Assembly: GCA_036337435.1 (NCBI GenBank)
Contig: JAYZEG010000037.1
Coordinates: 1 to 64,000 of the forward strand
Direction: 5' to 3'
Length of the DNA: 64,000 nucleotides
Source: Myxococcota bacterium
GTDB lineage: Bacteria; Myxococcota_A; Bradymonadia; UBA7976; UBA1532
The notes beneath the pieces were generated by a model. It did no database searches, was not told the DNA's origin, and was given only the letters and a program-made list of their open reading frames with translations. The translations under genes and the position numbers were made by a program. This document shows positions 61,201 to 64,000 of this stretch, piece by piece (position 1 is the first letter of the stretch; each line of letters opens with the position of its first letter).

Positions 61201-62860
61201 CATCTAGTTCGCCGAACACCCATTTTTGAAGACCCTGCATGTGGACATCAATCCAGTAGTGGCGCCAATCGAGTTCGCACAAGCTAAACGAGAACTCACC
61301 TGCGTTGCCCTCCGGCAATCTGGTGCTCAAAGTTCGGATATTGCGTGTACTAAAGCAGGGATTATTCTCTTCGACGAACGGCGCGAAGAGATCAAGAATG
61401 GAATTACAGACGCCACTGGCTTTCTCCAATCCAGCCAGTGCGCCATCAAGTTGCTTGACCAAAGGTCGGGCGGGCCCCAGCCAGGCTTTAGGAATCATCT
61501 TGAGCGCAGCCCGAGTCGATTTTGTAATGCGATTTACCTGGGGTGCGCTGATCCGATTGTAGGTCTCTCGATCCACAGGGATGGAATCGAGGTTGCGCAT
61601 GAGATGACGTTTAAAGAGGTTCTTTTCATGCCGGTCATAATGACGCCTCCAGGCAAGATTGGTCATTTCAACAGCGCGTCGCATACGCAGGGGATTTGAA
61701 TCACCTGACGCCAGATGAAACACTTGCGAGGGGCCACCTGAAAGTAGGTCCGCGCCAGCCAGTATGGTGCCACGACACACATAATCGACGGGGACTAAAT
61801 CGAGAATATTATCCGGATTACACGGAATAAATCGATGTCCCTTATACATGATGTAAACAAAAGGTGCGCACGTATTGACACCCTCATTCCAACCTGAGAA
61901 CGGAAACTCAAGAGCACTCTCAACGATAGCTGGACGAACGATCGAGACGCGTACTCCCATTTCTGCCGCACGCTTTAGTGTGAGTTGTTCGCCAAGACTC
62001 TTTGTATACGTGTATGTATTGGTCCATCCCCATTGCTGGGCCCGCTCCATTCCCTCTCGGGTCAGTTCATCGTTTACCCAGCGGGTTTTGCGCGCTTCGA
62101 AGGCTGCCTGCAGTCGCTGCGGGTCTTCGTAGTCCAGTCCCTTGTCGGTCAAGCGTTTTTTGGCTTCGTCTAGGAAGCGACATTCGAGTGCTTGGGCATC
62201 GGCCCTGCGTCGGACCTCTTCGGCAAGAAACACTGCATCGGATAACTCACGTTCCGGATCAAACTCCCGGTCGTTAGGGGCATAACCGACAATGGGTCGA
62301 TCTTCGTCGATTGGCCCTGAGCGCTGTCCAACAACAAAACATGTGCTCATGTGAACGAGCGGGCAACCCGCATCTCTGGCAAATTCGACTTTGTGGGCAA
62401 CGCCCATGGAATTCACCATCAGAGCTTGGTCGAGAGGCGGATTAAAATTGACATTGCCTGCGCAATGCAAAATGAGATCGACGGGGTCGTTTTCTGTCAG
62501 TTCTCGATAGGCGCTCTCACTCAAGCCGAGGCGTTCGAGACTGATGTCGCCTTTCACCACATTGACAACATCGTCGCACCACGCCTTGAGCGCGCCTTTG
62601 CCAAGGGTCTTGGCGACTGCATCGAAGGGTTCAGATTTTGCGACGACTGCATCGAAACGCCGCCTGGCATTGTCATAATCGCGATTCGTTCGGACCAAGA
62701 CACTGACTCGACGCACCGAGGGCACGCGAGCTGCAAGCATCGCAAGTAAAACCTTGCCGACAAAGCCAGTCACCCCGGTAATAAAAATATGCTTACCAGA
62801 AAAACTGTCGAGGACATTGAGGGTTGCATTCATGCCTGGTGTGTCACTTTTACCCGCCAC
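58238..62860 (-). CDS. elbD: Multifunctional ether-lipid enzyme ElbD-like: fatty acyl reductase, acyl-CoA ligase, ACP, PlsC acyltransferase, plus SCP2-like domain
   Basis: TGVTGFVGK and YTYTK (reductase); FTSGTTGDPKG, GYGLTE, HTGDLG (adenylation); DLGLSSL (ACP); NHSSHLD, FPEGTRS (PlsC). Domain order as in M. xanthus ElbD. Confidence 0.85.
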   Translation of the reverse strand: MAGKSDTPGMNATLNVLDSFSGKHIFITGVTGFVGKVLLAMLAARVPSVRRVSVLVRTNRDYDNARRRFDAVVAKSEPFDAVAKTLGKGALKAWCDDVVNVVKGDISLERLGLSESAYRELTENDPVDLILHCAGNVNFNPPLDQALMVNSMGVAHKVEFARDAGCPLVHMSTCFVVGQRSGPIDEDRPIVGYAPNDREFDPERELSDAVFLAEEVRRRADAQALECRFLDEAKKRLTDKGLDYEDPQRLQAAFEARKTRWVNDELTREGMERAQQWGWTNTYTYTKSLGEQLTLKRAAEMGVRVSIVRPAIVESALEFPFSGWNEGVNTCAPFVYIMYKGHRFIPCNPDNILDLVPVDYVCRGTILAGADLLSGGPSQVFHLASGDSNPLRMRRAVEMTNLAWRRHYDRHEKNLFKRHLMRNLDSIPVDRETYNRISAPQVNRITKSTRAALKMIPKAWLGPARPLVKQLDGALAGLEKASGVCNSILDLFAPFVEENNPCFSTRNIRTLSTRLPEGNAGEFSFSLCELDWRHYWIDVHMQGLQKWVFGELDDRMRPVRKVAKARDLVEVFRTACRAHKERKAVSFYTSEQGVESTYTFGEVYDAACRVAGYLKTQGIRRGDAIVLMSKNEPAWPMIYFGILLADAVAVPVDFEMPDAELGRIIAKCQSKLLIHHEDRLPEQSCPMASVGDVFDAEPVLEIECRDRSEDVASLLFTSGTTGDPKGVMLTHGNFTALLASLHGTFRVDHKDRFLSVLPLFHTFEFSCGLLMPLSVGAHVLYLDELEGGLLREALSDFRPTGLIGVPALWDVLHRRIETEVRDRGEAAHLAFTAMLRLSRFLKKQYGVNLGPMSFSEVHRMLGGQIRHLISGGAALSEPVLNAFEGLGFELLEGYGLTEAAPVLSVRRPGDRKGSGSVGTGLPGVKLHVLDPDADGVGEVVARGANVMAGYLNDPEATRNTVKEGWLHTGDLGRLDKDGRLTLVGRRKELIVTSSGKNVYPDELESVYSDHDLIEEICIVGIPDPQGDQRVGALIVPVENPPADYQAQIKAHFTKTGMGLADHQRIRTLRFWTEKLPRTATRKIKRADVREQLIRLVSVGKSSRREGMSVPAGREPAWLYGAIAALAGLESVDVTPETHLTQDLGLSSLQYVELRLLIEEKVKTSLDPERLMSCSTVGELAHLVDSKDFGRATVVVDAQEPRPMPDALADVGRQLLGSAQKKLYDQAFKVQVKGTENIPRNSQVLVISNHSSHLDMGLVKYALGDYAPNLSALAASDYFFDKQYKRDFFEPFTNLIPVERSGSLEKSLRHAETALNRGRIVLVFPEGTRSPDGQLQEFKHGVGYLQQKSQLSVLPLFLRGTYRALPKGAAVPTQRKLTAVIGPVIDHAFIEEQTKGMNRIETYARIAEILHLAVRALRDGDVYPWLAGETAARGQSELEAIFEELPRRFVPEALSKPTTWYFSLGDKSDGKWTLRAKEDHVEATPGRPSDGNADCVLKTDVKTFTKIVREGYVPSFTEFTDGRVKTNDPNLLMQFKSTFGL

Positions 62861-64000
62861 CTAGGCCTCCACATCTGCGATCATGATGGGCGGTGCGTGC
62901 GACATGGTCACCTCAGGGTGCGGTTTACCCAAAAACGAGCGCGCCATGTCCATGGCCGTATTAAAATCCGGTGCGGAGTCCCAACCAAGTTGCTTGGGCA
63001 CGCGGAGGTTTTCGGGCTCAACAACAATCACTTTGCCAACCCAAGCACGTCCAGCATCACCCCAGTACCACATGTAGAAGGGGTGGACGCCATGGTAGGC
63101 ATTTCCATGCCGGTACATGTGAATGTAGTCTGGGTTCTCGGCAAACTCTCGCTCGTACTGATGGATATCGTAGCTATTGGTGCCGATGGATAGAATTCGA
63201 TGATAAAACTCAACGTAAGATGGATGGTGAGTTCGATTGAATGATTCATGACATGGGTGGAACAGAATCATCACCCCATCTTTCTTGATTAAAGGTGAGC
63301 CACGATACATGTTGAAAAGATAGCCGAGTGCCATGACTTGGATGAGCAATGGATTCAAAATGCTATTGACGTTGTAAGGGGAAATAAAGGGAATTCCGCT
63401 CACTAAAACATCACATTGCCCTTTGACGGGGACTGCATATTGCTTGAAACAAGCGTCCAGAATCTTATCGTGGGTCGGCTCTGTTGCCCCTGCATGAATC
63501 GCCGTCAATTCATAGTGGGATGGGATTTTCTCAAAGAAACTGCGCCGCGCACTTTCTGGAAGACGTTCCAGCAGGGCGCAACTGCCTTGAAACTTGGCGC
63601 GATCGAACTCAGACCACGTGGTCTCAGGACGTCCAAGATAGGCGAGTTGCCCCCCGTACATGCGGTTATTTAAAGCCGTTTCGATATGAAAGACATTCAG
63701 TTCTTTGTCGACGATCTCACCCATTCGATTACAAATCTTTGCCAAACGAGACTTGTCGGGCCGTGGATCCATATAGCTGTGGCAGCGATGCATCGTGTGC
63801 GTATTGTGATGGGCACTCACCGAGATGTAATCGCACAAGCCCACCGTGACGCTCTTATGCCCGCCATCCATGGGTACAAGGTTGATATTGACGTAGACCA
63901 GCAGGTCACTCTCCGCCGCGCGCCGGTTCAAACGAACACGCTCTCCGTGGTCGGTCTCACCCAGTTCAACAATGTTATCCAAATCTTCAGCATCATGGTT
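62861..64000 (-). CDS. elbC: LarA/DUF2088-like protein (ElbC-like), 5' end outside window
   Basis: Frame is open to the window edge (NHDAEDLDNIVELGETDHGE...LNRR...SDLLV...GGHKS); immediately upstream of elbD. Confidence 0.7.
   Translation of the reverse strand, partial: NHDAEDLDNIVELGETDHGERVRLNRRAAESDLLVYVNINLVPMDGGHKSVTVGLCDYISVSAHHNTHTMHRCHSYMDPRPDKSRLAKICNRMGEIVDKELNVFHIETALNNRMYGGQLAYLGRPETTWSEFDRAKFQGSCALLERLPESARRSFFEKIPSHYELTAIHAGATEPTHDKILDACFKQYAVPVKGQCDVLVSGIPFISPYNVNSILNPLLIQVMALGYLFNMYRGSPLIKKDGVMILFHPCHESFNRTHHPSYVEFYHRILSIGTNSYDIHQYEREFAENPDYIHMYRHGNAYHGVHPFYMWYWGDAGRAWVGKVIVVEPENLRVPKQLGWDSAPDFNTAMDMARSFLGKPHPEVTMSHAPPIMIADVEA

Noticed and set aside
1..64000. CRISPR arrays, tRNA/rRNA, IS elements, prophage or defence systems
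   Set aside because: No spaced direct repeats, cloverleafs, transposase/integrase or phage genes seen by eye

Overview
Gene-dense chromosomal segment (~52% GC by eye) of a probable Myxococcota/Bradymonadia-type deltaproteobacterium; the taxon is inferred from the ElbD-type enzyme, the AgmX/GYF_2 protein and the MopE-type Cys repeats. I saw no rRNA, tRNA, CRISPR array, prophage or IS element. Housekeeping genes: rlmE, recC-recB-recD-rsmC-rsuA, apaG, dinB, an ABC1 kinase, an aminotransferase and a DMT transporter. Envelope/secreted genes: a tandem cyclophilin lipoprotein, a 2088-aa multidomain secreted protein, a LolD/FtsX/FtsX/LolA-like/outer-membrane-protein operon, a lipoprotein YyaL, two paralogous large lipoproteins with probable BPI/LBP-like C-termini, a MopE-repeat/FGE-fold protein, and CAP and thioredoxin-like proteins. 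The right end carries the 3' part of an elb-type ether-lipid cluster (elbC-elbD-elbE), with ElbD bearing an extra SCP2-like domain. The most striking unexplained element is a ~317-nt intergenic segment (51048-51364, + strand) with a long-range closing stem, several internal hairpins (GNRA and UUCG loops), A-rich linkers and a probable pseudoknot. It matches no RNA class I recognise and is a candidate novel large structured ncRNA. All family calls rest on motif recognition by eye; no searches were run.
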